Positions 12,775-29,015 are shown, numbered from the whole stretch's first letter. The stretch is DNA of 63,898 bases, filler included, from Choristocarpus tenellus KU-1152 (GCA_964200185.2; 9 parts of 9 records of this genome joined end to end with filler, not necessarily neighbours in it), one strand, 5' to 3'. A program made the numbers and translations. Notes: generated from the sequence alone by a model not told the origin.

Positions 12775-15339
12775 TACTGAACGAAAATTCAAGTGTTTCA
12801 CGAACACAAGACGAAGTTGTCCAATCCTCCACACTATACCTTGTTCGCCCAATTCATAGATAGGTGATAGTAATACTTGAGAATTTCAGTTTCGATTGGA
12901 TGCTGTTTTGAGTTCGACAGTGACTAGAAAATGTAGAACTTTGTGCGGTGATTGTATTAGATCGTTCTTTGATAGGTTTATGTCAATGTTGAGTTGTCCA
13001 TCAAATTTGCAGGTGGTTGTGGTACCCATCCTTTCATGAGTGTTGATTCAAGGTTGATGATGACGTTCACGATCTTCCGAAGTTGTGGAGTGTAAGTGTT
13101 GATGGCGATAATACTGTAATTATTGGTAAATGATGCACCAGAAGTTTGTACGAGGGACACCAATGTTGGTTCACCTGATGTGTAAGCAGGGAAGACCTTG
13201 GCGATTCGTCCAGTTCGCGAAGGAAAGAAAGGATGGAGATGGACACGTGAAGCGAACACACTCTGGTAGCCACAAAATTAAAGGGTTGTGTAGTGGTTTT
13301 GAAATAGATATCGACGGCAAGATACAAATACGGTGAGTAGTGAACGTATACTTCTGTCCTGGAGTTCACAGATTTACAGCAGCGTGGAATATTTGAGCAG
13401 GTTAAAAGTGATTCTGATTCAGTGAAGATTGTGTTGTGTGTAGGTGTTGTAGGTGGGGGATTGTTGATGAAATTAACGATCCTTTGTAGTTGTAGAGGGC
13501 AGAGTTGATAGCGATGAGTGATCAGTGGCGCACCAGAAGTTCGACCCAAAGTATTCGATCACTGGTCTACGTTATGCTAAGGTAGGCGATATATTTTTGC
13601 TGTTAGGCGTTGCCAAGGAAAAGGGAGGACGAAACTTGCAGCAAACGCACTCCCCTTTCCACCGAATCAATATACCAACACCAAAAACCATGAGTTGATT
13701 TCAGTCAGAAGATGTGAGATCCCTTGAACGTAGGTACAAAGGTAAATGTATAGCGATGCTCTATTTGCGCCGCACAGTCAATGTCAAGTCTCTTCACAGC
13801 GAAGAATAAGGGCAAAATCTCAACCCTTGAGCACCGCGCTTATACAAAGATGTTAATATTGGGGATGAATCAATGCATCAGGTTGCAATCTTACCATTTC
13901 GTCTTTCCTCCTACAACACCTCCCTCGAACCTGTCCTTCGCATGTTACAGCAATAGATAGTACTGAATACCGTTATCTCTGTTTCTATTCCTATTAAATT
14001 GAAGTTGATCGTGTAGGTTATCGTTCTATGCAGGCATGTGAGTCCTTCAATTGCTAAATATATCTTTGGCCGTTGCGGAACTCCTGCTGGCAATCGACAC
14101 CATCAAGGCTGAAAGGTCAGACGTTCTTCATATCCTGAAGGAAGGGCATTGTAAAGAGGTGTGACTCAAAGCAGCATTGCATTTGTTTGTATATGTGCAT
14201 ACACAAGGGGGATGTATGAGTATTGTGTGTTTATAACCTGCTTCCTTCCCATTTCATCGTGGCAATCATGTAGTGAAAATCGTGCGGGGGAATCACACTA
14301 TATTGTTTCGTTGTACTCTTTGCACAGACTCCCTGTTTATCTTGGTTCCCTCCCTCCAACCAATATCCAGTTACTGTAGGAGTGATTGTTTCCCTCTGCA
14401 CAATTGTTGATGAAAACAGTTGATGTCATCATCTCTCTCATCTCCATAATGTTGAAGTATGCATTTCCTACTCAACCTCGAACGTTTAGGGCTAGGTTCA
14501 GAGAGGATTTTTTTGAAGATTGGTGTGGCTGCAGTGCTTGAAGGAAGAGCCATCTAGTGCAACGAATCCTGCAGGTAATGACCTTTACTGCTGATCTTTG
14601 TCAGCAAATCAGTAAGCAGGTCCTCTAGGTACCGACTGAATAAAAAACTAGACAGTGGATTCAAGTAAGGAGACAACTGCGAGTGGTGTTGCGGTGTTGT
14701 GGTGCCCTAGCATGGGAGATGATGCAAAGAAGGTTTGTGATATATTAGATTATGAAAAAAAGGAAATTTACAAACATATGGGCTCAAAGTATCTAGGAGG
14801 TCATGGACGTCCTGCTGGTATTTAGGACAATATTTGTTATCTGACTTGTCAAATTGTACTGCATCTTAATTTGTAATTTGTTCACCTGTCGCTCAGATGA
14901 GATATGCGAGGTTTCTGTCATACATGCTTTACCGACATAAACATTTTCCAGAGTGGGAGATCAGGTCCATTATACTCAACGTACTACTTTATTACTGTAG
15001 CCCCAACGTTTTTGTGCATAGTATTGAGCACCGTCCCCCTTTCTACCAACACCAAACACCACTACAAGGTTTACTCTAAAAACCCTCTTCATTTTCGGGA
15101 GAACAGTTCGTCTACATGCTTTCGAGAAAAAACCTTTCAGTGGAGGTAAGCACACAGCACATTGTAGCAGTATATTTATTCATCCTTTATCCCCACCATA
15201 CATAGGAAAATAAATGCGTGTACATTGGTAAGATTATTGCAATCCATCTGATGTTTTAATTGACTCTGAATGGTTTAAAGGCTGGAGCTTTGAAGTAATA
15301 CATGCAAGTACTGCTGGACATACTAATGACATACACATG

Positions 15340-17000
15340 CACGCACCTATTCAGGGATATTCAAAACCAATCCTCGGGTTGAAATGTCAAAAAATTCGAT
15401 TGGATAACGCTGCCATGAAATAACCTTCATCACTCCACTGACTATTGTGGTATGAGCAGCTAGTTGTAGATATACCGATATATTTTGTAGTACGAGCGAT
15501 ACATAGTATCTTGGTTGCAACAAGAATCCCTCCCCTCCTTGTACCCATTCTTCAGTTTTTGTTTGCACTATTGCATTAACCCATCACCTAACTGCCAACT
15601 CCACTTTGCCTGAAATTCAAGTGATCAATTAGATACCGTAGAAGCAACAGTAGATATGCGGTTGGGTACCCATTTGTTGATGATGAGGGTGTTGTGCGAG
15701 GCCTGAAGCATTTTGAAGAAGAGCTAAGAAGTTGAATTGTCGAGAACAGATTGAAAAGGAGAATAATACTAGAATCCCGTTCACATCATGCACATAGTAA
15801 CTAATAGCTTCAAATACAATACAAAATTTTGAGTAGGTGATTAATTTCAATTTGTGAATATATGGTATGAATTATTGAAGGCATTTCTAAACACAAGACG
15901 TGTTACGCACCTGTTGCCCCAAACAACCGGTTAGAAAATTGTTCTGAATGTTTTGGTTCTTGGCACATAACAATTGCTTAGGGGGCAGTTTCTCCCTGTT
16001 GTGGCTGTGTGCTGTGTAACGCGTACAGTCCGAGCACAATACTTGGTGTGATACTACAGGAGTAAGCTGCCCGTTTTGAATGGATATCTTCTCTGTAGGT
16101 TTTTTGTATAGTGTTTGAATGAAGTTACAACATATTTTAATGAAACTGAAGAGTTTCTTAACACACAGAATCTGACTCTCTTCTGCACAGTCGAGCTCAT
16201 GTTACATCAAATTGTCTAGTGCAATCAATCTTGTCCTAACTACTGAGCTAGCAACTTCTCACCGAATTGGGAACTGTTGCACGTATTTCAGGGAGAATCC
16301 TAAGGATGCACTGGCACCCTATCTGAGATTGCAGTGCAGGCTTGCACAACCACTCCTTGTGTGTACCTTTTTCTATCCAAAAGTTTTCGATGGTGTTGTG
16401 GAAGTGGAACCTAGTTTGTGCCTCTTCGTTTTTCACACTTGACCCTGTAGTGATATCCTGGTGGAAATACGCACACATCAGAATATGCGCTAACACACCC
16501 CTGTAAGTCCCAATCCTCTTACCTATGGTCTCACAGTCTACCTCTGTTACTCATGTACCATAGTGAGCCAAAGTGAACAAAGGTACACAGGTCTTGCCCA
16601 TTTTGAAATCTCGTGCAATTCTCCCATCTTTCTATGGATGAAGTGCTAAGTTGGTCTTGAGAGCGTTGACTAATATATTGTAGAATCTCTAGCTTTTTAC
16701 TGGTCAGATCACTTGCCCTATACAACTACACAACTCCCCTTCAATTTTCCTTATACGAAACAGAATGCCCTTCTCTTGTTGCCATTATCTTCCCGTATCA
16801 ATTGTGTGTCCAGGGAACAGAAGGACAAGGATGCTATTGTTACTGGTTTTGCATTTCGCCCACACCTTTCTCCTGATGAAGAATGCACTCCCAGGACCGA
16901 TGGAGACCGGGGTAGAGCCAAGATGGTGCACTTCATCAGGACTCCTTTTGATTTTATTCTCTCAGGTACAAAACGAGCACATGTGTTTTACTCCACCTAA
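15340..17000 (-). pseudogene. Highly decayed putative DDE transposase (possibly Transib/Chapaev-like)
   Basis: Fragments such as SLHCNLR (~16325) and apparent splice sites; many stops; family assignment is weak. Confidence 0.25.
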
Positions 17001-17198
17001 TAGCTTTTGCTCTGCAATAGTAAGTAGTGTTTCTGTGCAGAACCAAGTCAGTATTTTCCAACATCTTCTGCTGTTGAGATAAAGGTAGACTAGCTATAAT
17101 CCTTCTGTGTTGGATCCAATATATAGGCTTCACCCCTTCATACCTTTTTTTTTATGTCAAGTACTCAACGTTTCATGATGGTGCCAAATATTGAGAGA

Positions 17199-17381
17199 GG
17201 CCAAAAACATCTGGGGGGGGGTGGGGGGGCTCTACACCACGGTGTCCATTTGGACCAAAACAAGGAAAAGTGCGCTTTCATTATCCATCCGAGGTATGGA
17301 ACCAAGAGCATCCAAAAATCGCGACATGAAAAAATTGGTCCCAAATAGATAGCCGCCACCCCCCTCCAGATACTTTGAGCC
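17199..17381. mobile_element. MITE family A
   Basis: TIRs with G/C runs; aga/aga TSD. Confidence 0.9.
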
Positions 17382-18381
17382 AGAAACCACCATTTTGTTA
17401 GGGCAGGCAGTTGTGTGTACCTTATCCCCGTTCCCAATTGCCCAATGCTGAATTGTCCTTACTCTCGAGAACATTAAAATCTGGCTTGTCACATCATTAT
17501 TCGAATCTTGTCGGTAATGATATAGGAGAGCTATCTGAGCTACGGCAAAATAGAGTAAGTTGGCGTTGAAAACGTTCAAGAGCAATGGATGTGAGCTGTG
17601 GGGAGGAAGAGCTGAACCAATCTTTGAGAGTTATCTTGTCACTATCGGAGTGTTGAAATGGAAGTATAACCTAATAAGAATAGTAAATTTGGCTGAATAG
17701 ATGAGGTGTTATGATTGACTTGCCCTATAAGAACTGAAAGGTTTGTGGCTGACGTCCTAGGCAGAGACCTTGACCAAGTTGAGTCCATTGCACAGCAAAA
17801 CTGCCCTCAATTGTTTGTCCTTTAGAAGGTAAGTCTCACAGGACTGTCAGCATGTTAGCCTTTTCTGGTTGATGATATACAGTCGATTTATAGCAGTACT
17901 CATTGCTGCGATTCATTTATTATTGTTGTTTTCTAGTGCAGACCTTTGGTACACATTTGGCCCTTTTCTTGAAGCAGACATCTACCATTTGAGGGGACTT
18001 GAACCATGGGAGAAGAAACCTGGCCGCAAATATGATACACTCTTTCCAGGCGCATGAACATAAAATAGGCATGACGATGGGGTCAAAGTATCTGGGGGGG
18101 GGGTGTCGGTGTCCGTTTTTCACCTTTTTTTTTCGATTTTCCCTTTTTTGTGGTGATTTGATAGAACGGCTAGGATTTGAANNNNNNNNNNNNNNNNNNN
18201 NNNNNNNNNNNNNNNNNNNNNNNNNTTAATTAATTAANNNNNNNNNNNNNNNNNNNNNNNNNNNNNNNNNNNNNNNNNNNNAGAGCACCCAATTGGTCAA
18301 TATGCCACTCTTGGTGGGTGATACATTCCGTACATCACTCATGCTATTGCAAGTGCAGCACTGTGCAGCGATTGGGACTCA

Positions 18382-20289
<1,908 letters not shown>

Positions 20290-20527
20290 CTTCAAACAAC
20301 ACACAACACACAACACACAGAACACATAACACATGGCATAGACACAAAGGTGAAAGGTAAGGCAAAAACAAGACCAGGAAGTAGAAGATGCAATAGATAC
20401 TAATGGTCTAGTCGGCGCCTATTGCAGTGTTTTTGTGTCAACAACACCCTGAACAGAGGAAACACACAGCAAAACCAGCAGCAGAACAAAGTCCAAAGAT
20501 TTATCTCCATAGACACGGCAACTCAAC

Positions 20528-20528
20528 C

Positions 20529-20560
<32 letters not shown>
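20528..20560. repeat. (TAT)n microsatellite
   Basis: About 11 units read directly. Confidence 0.95.
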
Positions 20561-20562
<2 letters not shown>

Positions 20563-20950
20563 GCCCTTCGATGTTGGGAAAGATGAGAATACTCCCACCA
20601 ATTCAAATTTTCTGGGGTTGTTAAGCTGTCCTTGGCGATCTGTTGTCCCACACAACTAGTTATATTATTGTTTATTAACTTGTATCACAGTTAAGAAGAG
20701 AGTGAGATACCTTCACTAGGTGGGGCTCACCAGTCCTTACACTTAATGACTCAGAATACCAAATGACTCAACGTATCTCTAGTACACGTCAGAAACACTC
20801 CGACTCTAATAGTCCGCCGATTACTTCTGATCAAATACCCTAACCCTAAATATCCCGAATGTCCCGCATTATCTTCTGTGCGTACATAAAATAATACTTC
20901 CAATCATATTCTCATAAATGGTCAAGCATAATCTTGACATACTTCTTAGG

Positions 20951-21590
20951 ATTGGGTGGACAGTGACAGAAGAGCACACTCAAAGACATTCACACAATTG
21001 CTACAGCCTGATACAATAAGGAGACAGGACATCGTTCACCTCCCGGCATACAAAATCCATCGAAAGGGACGACATGACCACCTCGTCCCTCAGTTCAGCA
21101 GCATAAAGTCCATGTACAGGTTCATCACCAGTCCAAGTGCAAATGGTACCTCATACAAGGTCGTCTACCTATAACAAAGTGTCGTGCTACTGTACCAGCT
21201 GTTCAATTGGTAACCTCACTGGCTGCAAGTGGCAGTGCACACACGTCCCTGCACTCAAGGAGACTCACCTCAGATTTTCCCCCCAAGACGTGTGTGACAT
21301 TTACCTTAGGAGCTATCTTTCTAGGAAGAAGAGCCAGCTCGCAGTGGGGAATGCACCCATTGTGCGGATGGAGCCGTCAGAATATGATGGGTTGGAGTTC
21401 CTGCCATTCACCATAAACAAAGAGACTGTTAAATGGCACTCCTCTCTCCAGGGACCATTCCAGCTACTACGGAGGGATGTTCAGTGCTGGTGATGACATG
21501 GTGTTTGTCAGGGAAGACTTCAAGATGTTGACTGCCACTTTCATTGATCGAGTGCCAACAGTTTGCCTCTCACGTGTGAATCTGGTAAGG
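20951..21590 (+). pseudogene. Sola2-like transposase C-terminal exon fragment (inverted relative to copy 2)
   Basis: HLPAYKIHRKGRHDH...IKSMYRF...VSCYCTSCSIGNLTGCKW...EPSEYDGLEFLP; homologous to 471-1100 (-) and 22386-22920 (-). Confidence 0.8.
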
Positions 21591-22955
21591 CCCCCTACAT
21601 TCCTACTAAATATTCCTCTCTTGTAAATACAAATGGAAATGCGACCAATTGTTTTTCAAACACAAAATCACATAGATCAGATAATTTTACAATATTGTAT
21701 TATGTATGATATTTTTATGTGTAGACTTTTTCCCCTTCAACTTTGTCATTGTCAAGACTCCTTTTTGGTTTATATTGCTATCTATACATATATATATACA
21801 TGTACACATATGTTTATCCCGCCACACAGCAACTACCCACTATCATCAAACCTCGTTTATAATACGATAGTCTTCAGGTAGTCTTCAGGATCTAATCCAC
21901 CACCCGACCCCATCAACACAAAAAACGTGATCGATCTGCAGGCCAATCAACCGGGTCCCCGTGTTGTCCCCCTTCAGGTTATCGTCTAGCCTTACTTCAC
22001 GCACCTTCATCGTAATAACCTAGACAATAACTACACCATCCTCCCCGGTCAATACCAGAGATTCACCGTGCAATCCAATCGGCAATCCCTCGGCATGATT
22101 CCTGTTCGCGCTTCTCAAGACAACGCAGACGTGGGGACACGTGCAATGTCAAGTTCAGCAGAGGCATCCCCTTCATCCTGTGCTGGAGTCGAGATAATAT
22201 CATCCAGAAGCAAGTCCACAATGTTGACATTGACCATTCCGGGGCATGTATCTACTCTGTGCACTACGAGGGTCAATATGAATCTCGGGGGCCTTACCCC
22301 ATTCACACGTGAGAGGCAAACTGTCGACATTCCAATGAAAGTGGCACTCAGCATCTTCAAGTCTCCCTTGACAAACACCACCACATCACCCGCACTGAAC
22401 ATCCTTCCGTAGCTGGAATGGTCCCTGGAGTTCCATTTCAGCCTCCTTGTGTATGGTGAACGGCAGGAACTCCAACCCATCATATTCTGACGGCTCTGTC
22501 CGCACAATGCGTACATTCCCCACTGCGAGTGCCCTCTTCTTCCAAGAGAGATGGCTCCTAAGGTAAACGTCACACACGTCGTCCTTGAGGGAAAATCCGG
22601 GGTAAACCTCCTTCAGTAGAGGCACGTGTGTGTCCTGTCACTTGCAGTCCACGAGGTTGCCAATTGAACAGCTGGTGCCGTAGCACAACACCTCGGTGTA
22701 CATGACCTCGGAAATGAGTTACCATTGCCACTTGGACTGGAGAAGAACTTGTGCATGGACTTGGTGCAACCGAACCGGGGGACGCCGTGGTCATGTCCTC
22801 CTTTCCGATCAATCTTTTAAGCCAGGAGGTGAACGATGTCCTGTCTCCTTATGGTATCAGGCTGGAGTAATTTTGCAAATGTCTTCGTGTGTACCCTGCC
22901 ATCACTGTCCACCCTGCCCTAAGGAGTACGGTGTTGTCGCCTGACATTTACCTTA

Positions 22956-23260
22956 GGAATGGGTTGACAGTGACAGAAGAGCACACTCAAAGACATTCAC
23001 ACAATTGCTACAGCCTGATGCCATAAGGAGACAGGACATCGTTCACCTCTCAGCATACAAAATCCATCGGAAGGGACAACATGACCACCGTGTCCCTCAG
23101 TTCGGCGGCATAAAGTCCATGTACAGGTTCATCACCAGTCCAAGTGCAAATGGTACCTCATACAAGGTCGTCTATGACGAGGTGTCGTGCTACTGCACCA
23201 GCTGTTCAATTGGTAACCTCACTAGCTGCAAGTGGCAGGGTACACACATTCCCGTACTAC
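22956..23260 (+). pseudogene. Second plus-strand duplicate of the Sola2-like C-terminal exon
   Basis: Near-identical to 20951-21250 (ORF 23005-23286, ...VSCYCTSCSIGNLTSCKW). Confidence 0.8.
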
Positions 23261-23442
23261 CGTGTTGTCGGGTGGCGGAAACTTAGATGCACATACTTCT
23301 CACTATGCTAAGTACGAGGATATCAATGTTTTTTCGTGTGCTTCAACCTTGGAAGAAAGACGCATGGCTGGATGCTGAAATGAATGTGTTGATACTCCTT
23401 GTGTGTGTGGTGGGTTGTGGAAGAGAAGTTGAATGTCAGTCA

Positions 23443-23611
23443 GGGTCAAAGTATCTGGGAGGGGGGTGTCAGCGTCCGTTTTTCACCCTTTTTCGATTTT
23501 CACTTTTTTGGTGTAATTTGGTCGCATGTGTCGGATTTGGAATGTCTGCAAAAAAGTTGTTTGACCGAAACAGACGCCGCCTCACATACCCCCCCCCAGA
23601 TACTTTGACCC
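23443..23611. mobile_element. MITE family A variant (partial copy also at 18080-18181)
   Basis: Perfect TIR gggtcaaagtatctggg / cccagatactttgaccc; tca/tca TSD; lies in a transposase intron. Confidence 0.9.
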
Positions 23612-25324
23612 TCAAAGTTGTTGCCATTTGTGTTTATGTCCTGATTGTGAAGGTGGGTGTTTGTAACAGATAGGTTACTGGGGACTCAAGAGGTGTTGTA
23701 CTTAGGAGGCTGCAGGGGGACGCACCAAGAAATGTCGGTACTAGTTGGATATAATAACGTATGTGGAATAAAAGAGAGGATGTGTAGCGTGTGTGCATTG
23801 CGGGGGGGTACCTGACCTTGGTGACAACAGTCTGTCCTGGAGAAACCTCGCGGTCCCTACGGAGGCGCCCCTCTTCCTCTGGCGTTGGATCCCTCTGCGT
23901 GTATTATGTCTTGGTGGCCTATATTGTCTCCACCAAGGACGAGGTTCCCGGCATCCATACCCTGTTCAGCTTCAGCCTCCTGGCGGCTGACTTCACCACG
24001 GCTCCAACTCCATCCGCCATGGATTTGCCGTTGCACAAGGAGAAGAAGTTGTGCACCACTGAAATCCCCATCCTTGCAATCGCAAGGGAAACCCACCACA
24101 TCTGCCACCGGTTCTTCATTGACTTCCGCCATGGATTTGCCGTTGCACAAGAAGAAGAAGTATCCCCATCCTTGCAATCGCAAGGGAAACCCACCACATC
24201 TGCCACCGGTTCTTCATTGACTACCGCATCCATCAGACCAGATGTGGAGTCACGGTCTGACCATATTCCTCTGCCACAGGCATGAAGTGCCTCCCGATGA
24301 ACATCTCCATAGCTTTCTGGACAAACTCATTGTCCTGACTCCTGTCTTCACTACAAATTGTAGTGCTGTGAGCCCTTATCCTTCCCTCACCCAAATTGTC
24401 CCCTTCCCTTGTGTCCCTCAACCACCAAACAATGGTCAAGAGCACTGTCAACAATAGATTAAAAAATTCTTGTTGTGTTAGGTCCTGGTGGCCGTGTGGA
24501 AGCTGGGAACTGAAATCAATGAACATGGCAGCGTGACCTTTCGGGAGGCGGGATTTGCAATGCTTATACTGCCGCGCCTGCCAGATGGTTGTGATGTGAT
24601 GAAGGGAAAAATGACTGTGGAAGTTGGTGCGGAGGACCTCAAGGAGTGTGGGGAACCCCTGTCCATGGGAATAGCACCTGGTCGTACAGATTGGGGGCAG
24701 TAGTTGTGTGCGGTCATGTTTCATATATTGGAGGAGGGGCCATTCCTACCAAGTAACGTGTTCTCTATTGCGGAAAAAACCGTGCGTGTACCACAACCAA
24801 CATTAAACACATAATTTAATGTATCACACCATCTCCCATTTCACACTTTCAAATATTTTGTTCAATGTGTTGGTGTTCCAACATTTTGTGTTATCATCAG
24901 GACCTACTTTTTTGGAGTAGTTTATTTAGTTGGAGTGCATATTCTGCTGTTGTTGTTGCTTCTACTACTATTACAAATAGGAAAACCATTGCCTTAACGG
25001 ACAGCCTATTCAATATGGATTCATGACAGGATCAATAAAAATGTTACTGTGTGACCCAATAACAATAATATACTGATGGTGACGGTGATGAAACTAATGA
25101 TGGGATCTCATGATGAAGAAGAATACAATTGACCCCCTCCCAACACCCTGTATGTCAAATCCTTCAAGATCAAGGAGAAACCTCAGCCAGGGTTACATCG
25201 CCTCCATCCCTCCATCCCAATTCCATACACTGCTAAAAATAACATAAATATTAAAAATGTTGTTGTGAAGTAAATATATGAAAAAGAAAGGAGATACCTA
25301 AAAAGGAAGAAGCAACATTCAAAT

Positions 25325-25540
25325 CCCCATCTGTTGTTTACAATCAAGTAAAAAGCGTAAGATAAGTATGACAATAATGGTCCATCCGTTGTTTGAAGTC
25401 AAGTAAACGGGTCAAGATAAAGTATGACAATAATAGTCAATCTGTTGTTCAGAATCAAGTACACGGGGTAAGATCATGTATCAAAATAAAAGTTCATCTG
25501 TTCTTCAAAATCAAGTAAAACAGGGTAAGATCAACATCAT
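25325..25540. repeat. Four ~57-bp degenerate tandem repeats in a transposase intron
   Basis: Recurring atctgttgtt...aatcaagtaaa...gtaagat. Confidence 0.7.
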
Positions 25541-28500
25541 AAAAATAGTTGTTGCTGGAGTATGTCGGATGGGGATTAGTACAGGAAAAGGCAAATACAT
25601 CATCACACATGCGGCGTCCACCACATCCCTTTGGTCCTGATGACCACACACTGACCTTTCGATTCATGTTGGCCTTGTCTGAAGAGCCTGTGTCATCTTC
25701 GTCATCCTTCTCTTCAGTTGTTGTCCTCCTCGAGATGGAGTTCGACTCACCCACCATGCAAGTGGCGAGGATGAAGTTGTCGGTCATAAGATTCTTGGCC
25801 CTGAATACCGGGTACTTCGCCTTTATCCTCTCCATTATTTTATCCTTCGTTGTGCCGCTCGGGGTTATGAGCCTAAGACGATATCACAGTGCCTAAGTCA
25901 TGGCAAGTTGAAGACAGGGGTTGTGTTTGGGGTTAGTGGGCAGCATGTTATTGAAATGGAAAGAGTGTTTTTTCCAAAAAATGATGTGTGGGGTCGGAGT
26001 AACCTCCCCGATATTGCAACAATAGAGAGATCAATAATTTTAATAATTGACACGCATGGTGTCATTGGGTTTCCCTTTGCATAGCTACATCTCACACTCA
26101 CGTTGATCTCTTTTGGTGTCTTTCCTGGTAGGTCCCCCTCCACAATCGGGGTATATGCGTGGACACACTCGTTCCATGTTGCCGTGGTACTGTGGGCGTT
26201 GATTATACAACGGCACTTCCACATATGGTGCTTGGTCCAGTTGCAAATATTACATGTTCCATCCACACACGATGTTTTATAACCAACTTCTGAACCACCC
26301 GTGGACTGGTTACCGAGGGGCTCGAGGGTGGTCCTCTCACACCTGGGCAGTCGTATTTGAATCGTTGTGGGGGGTTTCGGTTAACTTCCCGAGTTGGAAA
26401 CATGAAATGGTATTGTGTGTGTTTAAGGGCATATGGGCAAGTTGGCCAACTTAGGGCATGCACAATAACTAGTAGAGTTGAGAGAAGTCATTTCGTTTGT
26501 AGGTTGGTGTGGGGGAGGATGATATGTGCTTATGGTATTGAATTGTCGAAGGTTTTAGCATTGGTTGGACGTTGTTGTTGAAACTACGGACCAGCGTAAG
26601 ATATACTTACTGGAGAAAGTCCGTCATATTATAGCGCTCTCGAGTGCAGTCTTCACATCTTGAGAGCCGCACCCTGGCCCTTTTGTCACAGAACTCGCAG
26701 GTACAGGCGCCAAAGTTCGTTGGCCATCGTCACCAACCACCGTCCGAGAGTGTACTTTGTTCCAGTTTTCCCTCAGGCATTGGATCAATAGGTCATTGGT
26801 CATGTGGTGAACGCAAATGCATGTCCTGTATTACACACAAGGAGAGAGAAGGTATTGAAACCTGAATCGAATGCATCGTAAATGAAAGCAAAATGCGCCG
26901 ACTACTAGCGATTAGGAATCATGATGTTGCGAAACACCGATGAGTGATATGCGTAGTCTGTTGTTATGTATAGGTGTGATTGTGCTGCAAAGCACCGATG
27001 TATTTATTCTGTTGTAACTGAGGTCATTGATCTCTCAGTCAAGAATGATGCTACTGAATACAGTATTCGTTCATGTGATACTCAACAAAAGAAGTCCATG
27101 CTCTGTGGAGAGGCTTGTTACCTTGGCTAACAAGGGTTTCCGCGGATGGTTTTAACTCTGATTGTATTACATCCATGTTTATGTTTGATGCACAGTTTGC
27201 AGAGTGGCGTTGATGCAATTTGAGGCATCAAAGGCAATCACGAAATGTAAGATTGTCATCTTCTGCTGATAAAAAAGATTGAAGGAAAAAACAAACAATA
27301 GAACAACAGAACAAAATTGAAGCAATATGTGATGCAACTCAAGTGACGTACATTATACTATACTATTTGTGTGGAATGCAGAGCGACTGTTCTGTACAAA
27401 GGTGTTCTAATTAGTTGATGTGGTGACGAACTAGTGAAAGTAACGTTCAGAACGTAACAGACCAATCAACAGTCAGTGTTGACTAGTGGAACAAACCGAT
27501 GATTAGCCTATGTTTTAACACCCTCCCCCGACTGAAAGAATTGGAACACTCTTGAAGGAGTGTGACGTACGGCTATGGAGTCTGAGTTCCAGTCATGTCA
27601 TTCGAGCTATAGACATTTTAGACTTTCATTTCCACCTCGATAATATTCTGATTAGTGGTTTCCACACAATGTTTTATAGTGTTCTTATGTTTAGGATATT
27701 ATATTTCTTTAGGGCTAACAACNNNNNNNNNNNNNNNNNNNNNNNNNNNNNNNNNNNNNNNNNNNNTTAATTAATTAANNNNNNNNNNNNNNNNNNNNNN
27801 NNNNNNNNNNNNNNNNNNNNNNACGTTCAGCAAAGGGGGTCATGTGAGGCTTCACACCTTCTTATCTTCACTACTGACAAATAGCATTACCTCCCAAGGT
27901 AATTTGCACAAAAGGCGTTCATAGTAATTGAGGCCTGCCTAGCAAATATACTCTTTGTCTGCTGGATGAGGTGTCTAGAATCTTGACCATACGGACCTGC
28001 CACTTGACACCTTTGCATCCCACTACTCTGATGCCGATGCCATTGACTCTCTCTTCCTCATGCGCCAAGGCGACATCGACCGGGTCACCCATATACCCTC
28101 AATTTTTACACCTCTTGCCTCTCTGTTGTATGTGCGCATGCTGCAAGTGAGTTGGCCACTACCATAGGAGAGAGGAACCTATCTAAATACTTGTTGTTGG
28201 CACCATTCAGGACAACAGCGACAATGTCTTACATTTACATATGTATAATACACTCCAACAACAACCGTGATGGTGTGTACACTGGGTCAAATGATATCCT
28301 CCCACACGGGCGATCAGAGTAGGGGGTGATCATTATCGGGTTCCTCGTGAAGAGTAGACTCTGTTGGACATGTCAATACCGGCAATCTGTCAAGTCAACC
28401 ATAGCGTAGGTCAAATGGAGAGGCCTTCATAGAGTAGACGATAAGATCTGATAGGCGAAAACGACTTGTATTGACACCAATATCTACAATACGACTTCAT

Positions 28501-28677
28501 CCCTCCATAAGCCTGGATATTTTTTTAGTGAGTGTACGGATCGTCACTGTTGCAAATAGTGCCTCTAAAAATGTATGTGCCCTCGATACTTTTTTTAGCA
28601 AGAGTGACAATCTGTCGCACTCATTTAATTTGTAGTGTTTTAAATACCTAGAGAACTAGCTTCCGATACTATCGTTG

Positions 28678-28937
28678 GACCCAAAGTATCTGGGGGTGGG
28701 TGGGGGGNNNNNNNNNNAAATAGTATAGAGATCGGGCTCCTATTCCTGTGGTGCGCCTAAAGGTTTGGGGGGGGGGGGGGGGGGGGGTCTACACTAGAGT
28801 GTCCATTTGAACCAAAATCAGGAAAAGTTCACTTTCATTATCCATCCAACGTATGCAACCAAATCATCCAAAAATCGCGACATGAAAAAGTTGGCCCCAA
28901 ATGGACAGCCGCCACACCCCCCCAGATACTTTGAGCC
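28678..28937. mobile_element. MITE family A (gap inside)
   Basis: gacccaaagtatctggg ... cccagatactttgagcc. Confidence 0.8.
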
Positions 28938-29015
28938 TTACACTTACTCACTAGTTTCGTGATCTGAATGGTGTTAACACTATCTTCATATAGGTACTTA
29001 GTCTAGTATAGTACT

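Larger units (their letters stand above)
22115..26830 (-). pseudogene. Sola2-like transposase gene, multi-exon, decayed (copy 2)
   Basis: Exons homologous to copy 1: DGTCNICNW (25898-26266), MERIKAKYP...MTDNFILATCMVGE (25494-25835), FIDFSSQL...EDRSQDNEFVQ, HNFFSLCNGKSMADGVGAVVKSAARR (23810-24680) and C-terminal exons 22115-22920. Splice positions are the same as in copy 1. Confidence 0.8.

Noticed and set aside
20560-20655. KFELVGVF as a possible upstream kinase exon
   Set aside because: No GxGxxG loop and no convincing splice donor.
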